A stretch of 44,285 nucleotides of DNA. Origin: a bacterium. GTDB lineage: Bacteria; Margulisbacteria; WOR-1; O2-12-FULL-45-9; XYB2-FULL-48-7. Below are positions 9,596-19,406 of this stretch, piece after piece. The stretch's first letter is position 1. The number at the start of each line of letters is the position of its first letter. The notes below the pieces were generated by a model. That model ran no database searches, was not told where the DNA came from, and worked only from the letters and a program-made list of their open reading frames with translations. The stretch lies in assembly GCA_043812655.1 (NCBI GenBank), contig JBDRLW010000024.1:1-44285 (forward strand). Reading direction: 5' to 3'. The position numbers and the translations under genes are program-made.

Positions 9596-10071
9596 TTTTT
9601 TGCTCCTTTTTTTAGGCGCTTGGCCACTGGGGCTGGCACAAGGCCGGCAATATCTCCGCCAAGTTTGGCGATCTGTTTAACAAAACTGGAACTTAAATAT
9701 GAATAACGGTAATCGGTCATCAAAAAAACTGTTTCAATTTCCGGCGCCATTTTCCGGTTGGTCAGCGCCATTTGGAATTCATAATCAAAATCAGACACCG
9801 CCCGCAATCCTCTAATAATTGAACCGGCGCCTTTGGCTTTAACGTAATCAACTAACAGCCCATCAAAACTCTCGACCTTAACATTTTGGCAATGGGCGAC
9901 CGCTTCTTTGATCATGGCTAACCGTTCTTTAAAAGAAAAGCGTGGTTTTTTTTCTGGGTTGTGGATAACAGCGACAATAACTTCGCCAAAAAGCTTGGCC
10001 GCTCTCTCTATCACATCAAGATGTCCGTTAGTGATCGGGTCAAAACTACCCGGATAGATTGCTATTTTCAT
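9583..10071 (-). CDS. coaD: Phosphopantetheine adenylyltransferase
   Basis: [28 protein letters not shown]. Confidence 0.97.
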   Translation of the reverse strand: MKIAIYPGSFDPITNGHLDVIERAAKLFGEVIVAVIHNPEKKPRFSFKERLAMIKEAVAHCQNVKVESFDGLLVDYVKAKGAGSIIRGLRAVSDFDYEFQMALTNRKMAPEIETVFLMTDYRYSYLSSSFVKQIAKLGGDIAGLVPAPVAKRLKKGAKKWKF

Positions 10072-10612
10072 AAAATGATAAAACTGTCTCCCCGTAACGC
10101 GCGTCCCTAAACTTTTTTAACTTGCCAAAAGATTCGTCGATCTTATGCTGGCGCCGGTGTTCCGCGATCACAACTCCCTTTGGCGCTAACACATTTAATT
10201 CCGCTAACCGTTTAGCCGCCTTTTCAAGCGCTGGGCTTTCGTAGGGAGCGCCAAGGAAAATAATATCGAACTGCGCCCCTTTGCCGCCTAAAATATCGAT
10301 CGCCCTCACCGCGTCAACCGCGAAAACTTCGGCTCGGTCATGAAAACCGGTCAACTCAATATTTTCCCTGATCAATTTGACCGCCGGTCGGCTTAGTTCA
10401 ACAAAGATCGCGATCTTGGCCCCGCGCGACAGGGCTTCGAGTCCCACCGCTCCCGTCCCCGCGAATATATCAAGGAACCTCGCCTCAACATTTTTTTCGG
10501 CCAGGATATTAAAAAGAGCACTCCTGGCAAAATCAGTTAAAGGTCGCACGCCCCGATCGTTTCCGGGGGTTTTCAACCTTTTTCCTTTGGCTTTCCCAGC
10601 GATTATGCGCAC
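10046..10612 (-). CDS. rsmD: 16S rRNA m2G966 methyltransferase-like protein
   Basis: [25 protein letters not shown]; recG-rsmD-coaD synteny; motif IV reads GAPY rather than DPPY. Confidence 0.9.
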   Translation of the reverse strand: MRIIAGKAKGKRLKTPGNDRGVRPLTDFARSALFNILAEKNVEARFLDIFAGTGAVGLEALSRGAKIAIFVELSRPAVKLIRENIELTGFHDRAEVFAVDAVRAIDILGGKGAQFDIIFLGAPYESPALEKAAKRLAELNVLAPKGVVIAEHRRQHKIDESFGKLKKFRDARYGETVLSFYENSNLSG

Positions 10613-12545
10613 TGATTGGTTCTTTCTCCACGAGTTCCGCGGCCGCGGAGCGCGCTTCCCGCAGGATTTTCTCGTCCCTTATTATATCAGCCACCCTAAA
10701 GTTTGGCAAACCAGATTGGCGCGAGCCAAAGAGCTCTCCCGGGCCCCGCAACCTTAGGTCTTCTTCGGCAATTTTAAAGCCGTTTGTCGTCTCAACCATC
10801 ACTTTGATCCTGGCTTTAGCCTCCGGGGTTTTTGGGTTAGCGACCAAGAAACAAAAGGATTCCTCACTCCCCCGCCCAACCCTTCCCCGCAATTGGTGGA
10901 GCTGGGAAAGGCCAAACCTCTCGGCGTGCTCGATCATCATGATGGTCGCGTTCGGCACATCGATCCCCACTTCGATCACGGTGGTCGAAACCAGAACATC
11001 AATTTCCTTATTTACAAATTGCTTCATGATCTTGTCTTTATCGGCACTCAAGAGCCGCCCGTGAATCAACCCAACTTTAAGGTCAGGGAATATTTCTTTT
11101 TGCAGATGTTCGGCCGTTGATTTGGCTGCTTTTAGGTCAAGCTCGCTAGATTCTTCAACCAATGGACAGACGACAAACACCTGCCGCCCTTCCTTGACTT
11201 TTATTCTAATAAAATCATTTGCTCCCTGCCGTTTCGCTTCAGGAACATAATAAGTTTTGATCTTCGTCCGGCCGGGCGGTAATTCATCGATGATCGAGCG
11301 GTCGAGATCGCCATATAAGATCAATGCCAATGAACGAGGGATTGGTGTTGCCGTCATAACCAAGAGATGCGGAGTTGTCCCTTTTTTTATTAGCTTGGCC
11401 CGTTGCTCAACCCCAAACCGGTGTTGTTCATCGATCACCACTAATCCTAACTTCCTAAATTTAACTTTTTCTTCAAGGAGAGCGTGAGTGCCAATAATTA
11501 GATCCGCCTCTTGCAGTTCTTCCCTTTTTTTATCAGAGGAAACAGACGAGGTTAAGATCTCCACTTTATAGCCAAGACCAGCAAACAATTCCTTCAATTT
11601 CCCAAAATGTTGCCAAGCCAGAATTTCCGTCGGGGCTAGGATCGCTGCTTGATAATCGTTTTTGAGAGCGATAAAAGTCGCGTGAGCCGCCACAATTGTT
11701 TTCCCTGAACCAACATCCCCTTGCATCAGGCGATTCATCGGCCGACCGCTAGAAAAGTCGCTAAAGATATCGCTTAAGACATTAGTCTGTGAGTTGGTTA
11801 GCTGGAAAGGAAGGGAAGAAATAAACATTTCTTTCATTTCATCCGTTACTTTAAATCTGGGACCCTTTAACTCTTCCTTAAATTGTTTGTGCCGAAGCAA
11901 TAGCCCCAACTGGAAAACAAACAGCTCTTCATAAGCTAAATATTTTCTCGCTTCTTCCGCTTGTTTGAGGTCAGCCGGTTCATGGATAGCCAGGAGCGAC
12001 TTTTTGATCTTTTCATCCTCAATTTCAATTAAATAATTATCAAGTACTGTTTTCATCACTAGACGGAGTTTTTTGGGGTATAATCCTTGTGTTAATGGAT
12101 ATTTTGGGACGATCTTTAGATTTTCCCCTGTATCGACTTCAAAATCCTTGACCGTAAGCTGGAGCAGGCCATCGTAAGTCGAATACTCAACCTTGCCAGA
12201 AACGATCAGCTTCATCCCCCGGCGAAAAAGTTTGGTTAAATACGGCTGGTTGAACCAGATCGCCTGGATTGTCGCGGTTTTATCGCTCAAATAGACTTTA
12301 ATGATCGAAAAACGGTTACGCGTCACTTGGGAGTCAATATCAATTATTTCCCCTTTAATTACCTCCATTCCCGATGGCCGCACCTGGACGATCGGCTTCA
12401 TCTGCCGCCGGTCTTCATAGTCGCGGGGAATCAAATAAAGGAGGTCTTGGACGCTATTTACCCCTAATTTACCGAATATTTTAGCCAGTTTAGGGCCAAC
12501 TCCTTTAACGTATTGGATAGGGGTTTCCAGCTTGTTGTTTGACAT
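10533..12545 (-). CDS. recG: ATP-dependent DNA helicase RecG
   Basis: [36 protein letters not shown]. Confidence 0.97.
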   Translation of the reverse strand: MSNNKLETPIQYVKGVGPKLAKIFGKLGVNSVQDLLYLIPRDYEDRRQMKPIVQVRPSGMEVIKGEIIDIDSQVTRNRFSIIKVYLSDKTATIQAIWFNQPYLTKLFRRGMKLIVSGKVEYSTYDGLLQLTVKDFEVDTGENLKIVPKYPLTQGLYPKKLRLVMKTVLDNYLIEIEDEKIKKSLLAIHEPADLKQAEEARKYLAYEELFVFQLGLLLRHKQFKEELKGPRFKVTDEMKEMFISSLPFQLTNSQTNVLSDIFSDFSSGRPMNRLMQGDVGSGKTIVAAHATFIALKNDYQAAILAPTEILAWQHFGKLKELFAGLGYKVEILTSSVSSDKKREELQEADLIIGTHALLEEKVKFRKLGLVVIDEQHRFGVEQRAKLIKKGTTPHLLVMTATPIPRSLALILYGDLDRSIIDELPPGRTKIKTYYVPEAKRQGANDFIRIKVKEGRQVFVVCPLVEESSELDLKAAKSTAEHLQKEIFPDLKVGLIHGRLLSADKDKIMKQFVNKEIDVLVSTTVIEVGIDVPNATIMMIEHAERFGLSQLHQLRGRVGRGSEESFCFLVANPKTPEAKARIKVMVETTNGFKIAEEDLRLRGPGELFGSRQSGLPNFRVADIIRDEKILREARSAAAELVEKEPISAHNRWESQRKKVENPRKRSGRATFN

Positions 12546-12588
12546 TAAGACTTTTATTCTACCACAAAATATGTATACTTATTTCATA

Positions 12589-12780
12589 ATGAGTAGAAAA
12601 TGCGTAATTTGCAGTAAAAAAACAAAGATGGGGATGAGTGTTTCCCATTCGAACCATAAGACAAAACGGGAATTCTTGCCCAATTTGCAAAAGATTTGGA
12701 TTCTTTTAGGTGGTAAAAAGGTCAAAGATTACGTCTGCACCAAATGCCTCAAAGCCGGTAAGATCAAAAAAGCGGTCTAA
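12589..12780 (+). CDS. rpmB: 50S ribosomal protein L28 (Zn-ribbon type)
   Basis: MSRKCVIC...VSHSNHKTKREFLPNLQ...VCTKCLK. Confidence 0.95.
   Translation: MSRKCVICSKKTKMGMSVSHSNHKTKREFLPNLQKIWILLGGKKVKDYVCTKCLKAGKIKKAV
12738..12775 (+). repeat. 38-bp direct repeat, copy 1 (3' end of rpmB; attL-like)
   Basis: CACCAAATGCCTCAAAGCCGGTAAGATCAAAAAAGCGG, identical to 13460-13497. Confidence 0.92.
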
Positions 12781-12784
12781 ATAT

Positions 12785-13189
12785 TCACGCTGCCAAAAAA
12801 CCAGTCTGTTCTTTTCCGTTTAAAAACAAAACTTTCAATTTATCAAAAACCCCTACTCTTCCCAAAACATTTGGGACTTCGTCGTTGCGGCAAATCGCCA
12901 CTTTTGTTTTTATAACTATATTGCCAATTTTTAATTCCAGGTTATGGAGAAAGGTTTTTATCTCCCCTTTGCCAAATCCCCTAAATTCCGCTGGACGACC
13001 AGCTTCAACATCTAAACCAAGCAATTCCCCATAACTTCTCCGAATAATTGTTACATCCGCGCCAGAATCAACATAAAGTGTTAAGGGATGCCATTCCCCC
13101 CTGGTGTCTTTAATATAAATTTCAGCAATTGGACGTTTGATCTTTCCGAAAATCTGGGAGGCTTCTTCTCTCCAGTTAAAAACGATCAT
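12785..13189 (-). CDS. Retropepsin-like aspartyl protease
   Basis: LYVDSGADVTII motif and a C-terminal VLGR; the ATG at 13189 overlaps the upstream gene's stop (ATGA). Confidence 0.85.
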   Translation of the reverse strand: MIVFNWREEASQIFGKIKRPIAEIYIKDTRGEWHPLTLYVDSGADVTIIRRSYGELLGLDVEAGRPAEFRGFGKGEIKTFLHNLELKIGNIVIKTKVAICRNDEVPNVLGRVGVFDKLKVLFLNGKEQTGFLAA

Positions 13190-13413
13190 AAGATGAGGCA
13201 TTCAGTTGAAGGAACAACATCAAGAAGCGGTTCATTTTGCGGAAACCGTTTTTTAGCCTGATTATATGCCAAGCCGGCAGTCTTACCCATCCCGGCAATT
13301 TGTTTATTAACCACAGCGATCCATTTGCCAGAATGTTTCTTTTGCAATTTGATCATGTTTATAAGCAACCATTTATAATCTTTGTCGATTCTTTCTTTCT
13401 CTTCCTTAATCAT
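13186..13413 (-). CDS. Small DUF5678-like protein
   Basis: KKHSGKWIAVVNKQIAGMG...AYNQAKKRFP; preceded by TGgTATAAT and a GAGGTG SD. Confidence 0.75.
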   Translation of the reverse strand: MIKEEKERIDKDYKWLLINMIKLQKKHSGKWIAVVNKQIAGMGKTAGLAYNQAKKRFPQNEPLLDVVPSTECLIL

Positions 13414-13459
13414 TATTAATCACCTCTAGAAATTTATTATACCATGTGATAGTTAACCA

Positions 13460-13497
13460 CACCAAATGCCTCAAAGCCGGTAAGATCAAAAAAGCGG
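13460..13497 (+). repeat. 38-bp direct repeat, copy 2 (attR-like)
   Basis: Identical to 12738-12775; followed by CTTAA, giving an alternative L28 end KKAA*. Confidence 0.92.
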
Positions 13498-13540
13498 CTT
13501 AAAGGTTTTAAAAATTCAGTTTTCCACCTCAAATTCCCCT

Positions 13541-13567
13541 GAAATATTTCTGTTTTTTCTTCGATAT
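13541..13567 (+). promoter_or_regulatory. Putative sigma-28-type promoter
   Basis: GAAA-N15-TTCGATAT, then AGAGG and the ATG at 13590. Confidence 0.55.
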
Positions 13568-13589
13568 ATACATAGAGGCCCAGTGACTA

Positions 13590-14540
13590 ATGATATATCA
13601 CGTTAACTTACGTCTTGGTCAAATTACCTTTGAGCCACAAATAATGGGATCCCGATCTGACCCATTATTTAGAGTGACAAACATTCTTTTCTGTCCCCGC
13701 TTCGGAGATAGAAAGGTGTTTGGCCGGGCCGTTTTTGTAAAGCCCTCAGCTGAGGTTCAATTATACTTTGACCCTCGGATGTTAGATTATGATTTTGGTA
13801 AATATGCCGTAGTTAATAGACCTCAAGTCCCTGCTGGTAAAATATTCCAACCAGCGTTTGGCCTTCCCCTAAAAGAGATTGTTACGGCCAATCCAGGAGT
13901 TATTGCCGCCTGCAACGCTGAAAACACTTGGAGCTCAAATAATATCGTTGTCATAGATAGGAAAGTCCAAAAAAGAACTGGCTGCGGGGTAAACACTTCT
14001 GATCTGGTTCATCCAACAGGGATTTTTTCTGTTTTAGTTCTAGACTATGGCCAAAGAAGTGTCAGAATTGTTGAGCTTAAGGACGGGGAACCAGTTCAAC
14101 CGATTAACTTTCAAACTGGCGTCCATGGGCCTTTATTAGTAAAGGACAAACAACCAGTTGAAAGGCCTCTACTTCAGTCTCCTTTGCGCACAAAACCGGG
14201 AGAAGTTAATTGGGATCCAAATAATACCTATTCGGCTATGACTGCGGCCGGCATCATGCCAACGGGAGAATTAGTTTTTTTCGTCATGGCTGGCAATCCG
14301 GAAACCAACAATGAATGTAATATCTACGAGTTTGCCCAAGTTTTTGCTAAATTAGGAGTAAGTGATGGCTGTTGGATGGGCGCCAGCGGCGATAGCGGTC
14401 TATATACTCGTCTCACCTCTTCAATAAATGATGAACAAAATTGGATAATAGGAAAAGCAAGAAATTCTAGTAGTATGGGACAGATGTTTCCGCCTGGAAA
14501 ACGTCCTCTAAATATTGCTTTCTTAGTCAGAGAAAATTAA
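13590..14540 (+). CDS. Divergent phosphodiester glycosidase (NAGPA-like) protein
   Basis: IAACNA, GPLLVKD, AMTAAGIMPTGELVFFV, EFAQVFAKLGVSDGCWMGASGDSGL parallel the NAGPA motifs (ING, GPxL, RTAIG, NLDGGGS). Confidence 0.55.
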   Translation: MIYHVNLRLGQITFEPQIMGSRSDPLFRVTNILFCPRFGDRKVFGRAVFVKPSAEVQLYFDPRMLDYDFGKYAVVNRPQVPAGKIFQPAFGLPLKEIVTANPGVIAACNAENTWSSNNIVVIDRKVQKRTGCGVNTSDLVHPTGIFSVLVLDYGQRSVRIVELKDGEPVQPINFQTGVHGPLLVKDKQPVERPLLQSPLRTKPGEVNWDPNNTYSAMTAAGIMPTGELVFFVMAGNPETNNECNIYEFAQVFAKLGVSDGCWMGASGDSGLYTRLTSSINDEQNWIIGKARNSSSMGQMFPPGKRPLNIAFLVREN

Positions 14541-14547
14541 TTATCCC

Positions 14548-15027
14548 CTACCCCTGCCCCTCCGGTTTCTTGTATCGCTGCGTCGCTAATTCGTCCATGA
14601 ATTTTAATTCCAGGTCATTCATCACCTTTTTATACTGGTCGAGTTTTTTTTCTTTATGCTTTTCCATGATCTGCTTGTCTTTCATCGATTCGACAAGCCT
14701 CGCCCGCTGCTCCTCAAGTTTTTTACTGGCTTCGATCACTTTTTCTACCTGGTCGTCAAGATCGGTCTTTAAGATGTCAATGTGGGCCCGGCGGCGGATC
14801 ACTTTGGAAAAATCAGAGATCGGCCCTTTTTTAAAGACCCCGCGGAGTTCTTCCTCTTTACGTCTTTTATTCTCTTTAATCGCTTCTTCTTTCTCTTTTT
14901 CGGTCAGGTATTCCCGGTTCTTTTCGGCAAACTTTTCCTGCTCTTTTTTCTCTTTAATTTCCCGGACTTTTAAGACGGTTTCTAACCCGTATTTGAATTT
15001 TTTGCCCGCTTTTTGTTGTTTTGCCAT
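14548..15027 (-). CDS. fliJ: Flagellar export protein FliJ
   Basis: KFKYGLETVLKVR...ELKFMDELA coiled coil directly after fliI. Confidence 0.85.
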   Translation of the reverse strand: MAKQQKAGKKFKYGLETVLKVREIKEKKEQEKFAEKNREYLTEKEKEEAIKENKRRKEEELRGVFKKGPISDFSKVIRRRAHIDILKTDLDDQVEKVIEASKKLEEQRARLVESMKDKQIMEKHKEKKLDQYKKVMNDLELKFMDELATQRYKKPEGQG

Positions 15028-15036
15028 TTTTTCTTC

Positions 15037-15072
15037 CTAACAAACTAACCAACTAACAAACTTACTAACTAA
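15037..15072. repeat. Degenerate 8-mer tandem repeat between fliI and fliJ
   Basis: CTAACAAA CTAACCAA CTAACAAA CTTACTAA CTAA. Confidence 0.55.
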
Positions 15073-16381
15073 ATATGGAGATCAGCCGATCGACAGTTTC
15101 TTGGAAGTCAATCTTTTCAAAGGTCCCCTGTTTCAAGAAATCATTAACCTGTTCGATCTTGGATAAGGCATAATCGATCTTCGGGTTGCTCCCTTTAACG
15201 TACGCGCCGATATTGATCAGGTCTTCGGCTTCAGCATACCGGGCTAACACCTCGCGAAGCTTGCCTGCGGCCGCTTTTTGTTCATCATTGACCAAGTTGA
15301 CCATGATCCTGGAAACGCTCTGCGGCACATCGATCGCCGGATAATGGTTCCGCGCTGCCAGGTCACGAGATAAAACAATGTGCCCGTCAAGGATCGACCG
15401 GGCGTGGTCGGCGATCGGTTCGTTGAAATCGTCTCCCTCTACTAATATCGTGTAAAAAGCGGTGATACTTGCGGATTCTGATGTCCCGGAACGCTCCATC
15501 AGCCGCGGCATCAAAGCAAAAACAGACGGAGTATACCCCTTGGTCGTCGGCGGTTCACCAGCGGCTAAACCGATGTCGCGTTGGGCCATCGAAAACCTGG
15601 TAACAGAGTCCATCATTAAGATCACATTCTTGCCGCGGTCGCGAAAAAATTCGGCAATAGCGGTCGCCACAAACGCTGCTTTAAGACGGATAAGCGGCGG
15701 CAGATCAGAGGTCGCGACAACTACGACCGATTTTTTTAAGCCCTCTTCGCCCAAAGATTCTTCGATAAAATCGCGGACTTCACGTCCCCGCTCACCGACC
15801 AGGCAGATAACGTTAATATCCGCTTCCGCATTCCGGGCGATCATCCCCATCAGGGTCGATTTACCGACGCCGGAACCGGCAAAGATCCCGATCCGCTGGC
15901 CTTTACCGACAGTCAACATCCCGTCGATCGCCCGAACGCCACAGCGCATAATATCGGTCACCCTTGGCCTTTTCACCGGATCAGGGGGATCAGCATCAAG
16001 TGGACAATTGATTTCACCAACAACTGGCCCTTTTCCATCGATCGGCTCACCTAGCCCACCCAAAACCCGGCCCAAAAGATCGTAGCCAACCCTGACGCTA
16101 AGCGGATGACCAACAGCGGTTACTTGCGCTCCCGGAGAAATTCCCGCCGTCGAACCAAGGGGCATAAGAAGCACCCGACTTTCTCTAAACCCAACCACTT
16201 CGCCAAAGGAATCCCGATTTTCTTTTTCAATGCGGATAGTGCAAAGGTCGCCGACAGAAACACCCCCGACTTGGGCTTCGATAATCAAGCCAACGACTTG
16301 GACAACTTTGCCGATCACTTTGACCATTTCCGCTCGGTCAACCGCCCGGTGGTATTTTTCGTAGTCGATCTGGTAGCTCAT
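15065..16381 (-). CDS. fliI: Flagellar/T3SS export ATPase FliI/SctN
   Basis: GIFAGSGVGKST, GERGREV, MDSVTR, ILDGHIVL, HYPAID. Confidence 0.95.
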   Translation of the reverse strand: MSYQIDYEKYHRAVDRAEMVKVIGKVVQVVGLIIEAQVGGVSVGDLCTIRIEKENRDSFGEVVGFRESRVLLMPLGSTAGISPGAQVTAVGHPLSVRVGYDLLGRVLGGLGEPIDGKGPVVGEINCPLDADPPDPVKRPRVTDIMRCGVRAIDGMLTVGKGQRIGIFAGSGVGKSTLMGMIARNAEADINVICLVGERGREVRDFIEESLGEEGLKKSVVVVATSDLPPLIRLKAAFVATAIAEFFRDRGKNVILMMDSVTRFSMAQRDIGLAAGEPPTTKGYTPSVFALMPRLMERSGTSESASITAFYTILVEGDDFNEPIADHARSILDGHIVLSRDLAARNHYPAIDVPQSVSRIMVNLVNDEQKAAAGKLREVLARYAEAEDLINIGAYVKGSNPKIDYALSKIEQVNDFLKQGTFEKIDFQETVDRLISIFS

Positions 16382-17061
16382 TTGTCGTCTTCGCTGGAAT
16401 TTTGTTTGGTGAGGGATTCTTCAATGGATTTTAACTTGGTCGCAATGCGCGAATCGATAAAACCAAGATTGGTTTCGATCACGCACCCGCCCGGCTCAAT
16501 ATTGGCGTCTTCGATGATCGAAAAACTTTTTACCCCGTCAAGCATGTTCGCCAAACGGTCTTTATAACGCTTGATATATTCGGCGTCTTCCCGGTTGACC
16601 TTGATGATGATCTGCTCGCGGTCGGAGATCCGGCCGATCGCTTCGGCGACAATATTCAAAGAGACATCTGGGTGGAGCGAAACCTCGGAATGGATGATCT
16701 TCTCGGCAATTTTAAGGGAAAGCCTAAGGATCTCGCCTTCGGAATCTTGTATTATCTTTTTGCGCTCTTTGACCGCTTCGTTCAATGTTGTTAAGGCCTC
16801 ATTGATCTTTTGCTCAGCTTCTTCATGCCCCTCTTGCCTTCCCTCTTCACGAGCCTCATTCCTGATCGATTCTGCCTCGGCTTGCGCTCGTTCAATGATC
16901 TTTTGCGCTTCGCTTTTGGCTTTAGGAATGTCTTCTGGCTTATATTTAATGTCAGCAGTTGGCGTGATTGCCGCTGCTTCACGGCGAGGCGGCAATGGAG
17001 CCGCTTCTTCGATCACTATTTCCCCTTTTTCTTCGAGATGGTTCCTTTTAATTAATCCCAT
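16378..17061 (-). CDS. fliH: FliH/SctL stator of the export ATPase
   Basis: GxxxG repeats (EEGRQEGHEE), GGCVIET; position upstream of fliI. Confidence 0.88.
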   Translation of the reverse strand: MGLIKRNHLEEKGEIVIEEAAPLPPRREAAAITPTADIKYKPEDIPKAKSEAQKIIERAQAEAESIRNEAREEGRQEGHEEAEQKINEALTTLNEAVKERKKIIQDSEGEILRLSLKIAEKIIHSEVSLHPDVSLNIVAEAIGRISDREQIIIKVNREDAEYIKRYKDRLANMLDGVKSFSIIEDANIEPGGCVIETNLGFIDSRIATKLKSIEESLTKQNSSEDDK

Positions 17062-17519
17062 TAAAAAATCTTTCCGGCAAACGCCTCTTTTAGTTTAGCT
17101 TCTATTTTTTCGGCCAATGGATTAGGCCTGATCGCTTGGGCTAGTTCAGTCACCAAGACTTTTTCCCGCGGCACCGAATTAACGATCCCTTCACGCTCTT
17201 CCTCTGACGCGATCTTTGAAAGAAAAGCGATCATCTGGGGCCGCTCATATAAAAGCGCGCCATAAGTTTTTTTCGGCTGGGCATAAACCGGCCGGGGCGG
17301 CGGCAACTCTTCAGTTTCATTTTCCGGCAAAGCCAGGTAGCTTTCAAACTCGCCTAAAACTTCTGACAACGCCTCCGGTGACGGCGATGGGAGATGGTTG
17401 ATCCCCGCGGCGATCAGATCTGCCAATTCATCGGGCAAATAACGGAGGATCTTCCCAGCTACATCGGCTCCCAGGATGGATAAAAATATTGTCGCTTTTT
17501 CCCTACCGGTTAATACCAT
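17061..17519 (-). CDS. fliG: Short FliG-like protein (N-terminal domain plus partial middle domain)
   Basis: LTGREKATIFLSILG (FliG-N) and ERPQMIA (EHPQ-like); 152 aa; no MFxF motif or C-terminal torque domain. Confidence 0.7.
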   Translation of the reverse strand: MVLTGREKATIFLSILGADVAGKILRYLPDELADLIAAGINHLPSPSPEALSEVLGEFESYLALPENETEELPPPRPVYAQPKKTYGALLYERPQMIAFLSKIASEEEREGIVNSVPREKVLVTELAQAIRPNPLAEKIEAKLKEAFAGKIF

Positions 17520-17522
17520 AAT

Positions 17523-19007
17523 TTACTCGCTCAACCATTTTTTTAATAATTCGGCGATCCGCTCTGGGTTTTGGCCCGCTTCTTGGCGAACTCCTTCAAG
17601 CTTCGACATTTTCCCCCTTGGGATCGGGGCTTCTTCTACTGTTTGCGGCGGCATTGAAGCTTTTCTCCTCGCCCGCCGGCTGCTGATCACTCCGTAGGCA
17701 ATTAAACCAATAAGTGTTATAACGCTAAGCCAAAAGACCCTTTCAGCCGTGATCAGCGGTGAACGTTTTTTTATCCCTAATTTTGTTTTAGCCGTTGGTG
17801 CTTCATTCGTAGTGACCGCCAGGTGAAAAGGAACCCTCTGGATAATTATCCTATCACCCCGTTTTTTATTATAACCGATCGCCGCCGCTACCGTGGTATA
17901 GGTCGCCTCCTTAAGGCTGGGCGTAAAATCCAAGCGATTATCGACCAAAACGACCGAGTAAAGGTTCTTGATCTTCAGGTCTTTGGCCCTGATCTCCGGT
18001 TCTTTCGCCGGGGTTATTTCCACCCCGACCTTAACGATCGCGCTATTGATCGGGTAAAACCGGTTGATCAGCTCTTGCGCTTTCCCGGACAACTCCTGTT
18101 CAAGGTCTTTTTTAGCTTTTATTTTCAGCAAGATCTTTTCTTCGGTTGTGAGCGCGGTAACACCAGCCGCTTCCGCTGTCACTTCCGGAGTTATAATGGC
18201 CAAATTTGGTTTTTTTGGCTCTTCTTTTTTAGGTTCTTCCTTTTTTGGTTCTTCTTTTGGCGTCTCCTCTTTTCTTAAAACCACTTCAGCCGTCGGTTCA
18301 ACCGGTTTAGCAGCTTCGGTTCTTTCCTTTTCAGCCGGGATCGGAGCGGCCGCCATCCCCTTAACCGATAAGATCTTGCCGGAGTCGTCAACGATCGTCA
18401 CATTTTCTGGCTGGAGATTTTCGACGCTGCTGGCCACCAAATGGATGATCCCGTTTATTTTTCCTCTGGCCAACTCAAATCCCGGCCGCAACCTGATCAT
18501 TACTGCCGCCGTAACCGGCGAAGTCGTGGCCGCGAATAATTTTGTTTCGGGAATTACGACCTGGACCCTGACATCATCGATCCCGTCGATCCGGCGGATC
18601 GTCCGGGAGAGTTCGCCGGAAATGGCCCGGATCAGCTGGATGCGGCGGTCAAAATCGGTCGCCCCAAGCTTGGAAACATCAAAGATCTCCCAGCCAACTG
18701 AACCGCCCAGCGGTAAATTTTTCTCGGCTAGGGCAAGTTTAGCTTGATCGGCTTTTTCCCTGGGGACAGCGATCGATCGGCCTTCATCCCTAATTTCATA
18801 AGGGATCGCGACTTCTTTTAGCCTGGCGATAGTATTGGCCGCGTCTTTTAATTCCAGGTTAGAATAAATCACGGAATAGCCAGCATTTTTACCGCCGGCC
18901 GGGGCACACCCTCTGACCAAGAAAAAGATCAAAGAAAATATTAAAACCGCCGCCACCCCAGCGACTAAATACACCCTACGAGGATCAAAGCCCCCTGCTT
19001 CCGCCAT
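17523..19007 (-). CDS. fliF: MS-ring protein FliF (atypical)
   Basis: VGWEIFD, GELSRTI, VTAAVM, LVASSVENL, VTIVD, AAIGYNKKRGDRI; two TM helices; EEPKK repeats. Confidence 0.9.
   Translation of the reverse strand: MAEAGGFDPRRVYLVAGVAAVLIFSLIFFLVRGCAPAGGKNAGYSVIYSNLELKDAANTIARLKEVAIPYEIRDEGRSIAVPREKADQAKLALAEKNLPLGGSVGWEIFDVSKLGATDFDRRIQLIRAISGELSRTIRRIDGIDDVRVQVVIPETKLFAATTSPVTAAVMIRLRPGFELARGKINGIIHLVASSVENLQPENVTIVDDSGKILSVKGMAAAPIPAEKERTEAAKPVEPTAEVVLRKEETPKEEPKKEEPKKEEPKKPNLAIITPEVTAEAAGVTALTTEEKILLKIKAKKDLEQELSGKAQELINRFYPINSAIVKVGVEITPAKEPEIRAKDLKIKNLYSVVLVDNRLDFTPSLKEATYTTVAAAIGYNKKRGDRIIIQRVPFHLAVTTNEAPTAKTKLGIKKRSPLITAERVFWLSVITLIGLIAYGVISSRRARRKASMPPQTVEEAPIPRGKMSKLEGVRQEAGQNPERIAELLKKWLSE
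18210..18270 (-). repeat. In-frame 15-bp tandem repeat encoding (E)EPKK units in the FliF linker
   Basis: KEETPKEEPKKEEPKKEEPKKP. Confidence 0.7.
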
Positions 19008-19022
19008 TTATTCACCCCTTTC

Positions 19023-19403
19023 TTAGATCTGCATCTGCGTTATTTCTTTTAACGTCGTCGAAGCGGCATTCACTGTCGTCACCGCCATAGTCACCATCAC
19101 GCTCATCTTCGCCTGCTCGACCATTACTGTCTGCAGGTCGGTCTCGCCTTTGGTATATTTTGTCACCAGTTCATTGGCATGGTTCTCCAAACGGCTGACA
19201 CCATTAAGCGCTTCAACCGCCTTAGAGAGGACATCTTCGAACGGGTTGCCGGTAAAATTTGCTCCTTGCGCCGGAGCTGGAGCCGCAGCGGTCGGCGCCG
19301 CCGGCATTTCCGGCATTTGAGCGATCTGATCTTCGCCAAGCAGCTGGGCTAATCTTAGATCGGCATTAACCGGACTAATTCCTGGTGTCATTTTTCCCTC
19401 CAT
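19023..19403 (-). CDS. fliE: Hook-basal body protein FliE
   Basis: FEDVLSKAV...EITQMQI C-terminus; position after flgC. Confidence 0.85.
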   Translation of the reverse strand: MEGKMTPGISPVNADLRLAQLLGEDQIAQMPEMPAAPTAAAPAPAQGANFTGNPFEDVLSKAVEALNGVSRLENHANELVTKYTKGETDLQTVMVEQAKMSVMVTMAVTTVNAASTTLKEITQMQI

Positions 19404-19406
19404 TCG

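Noticed and set aside
12738..13497. 38-bp repeat as a CRISPR repeat
   Set aside because: Only two copies, 722 bp apart, coding for the L28 C-terminus; no cas genes.
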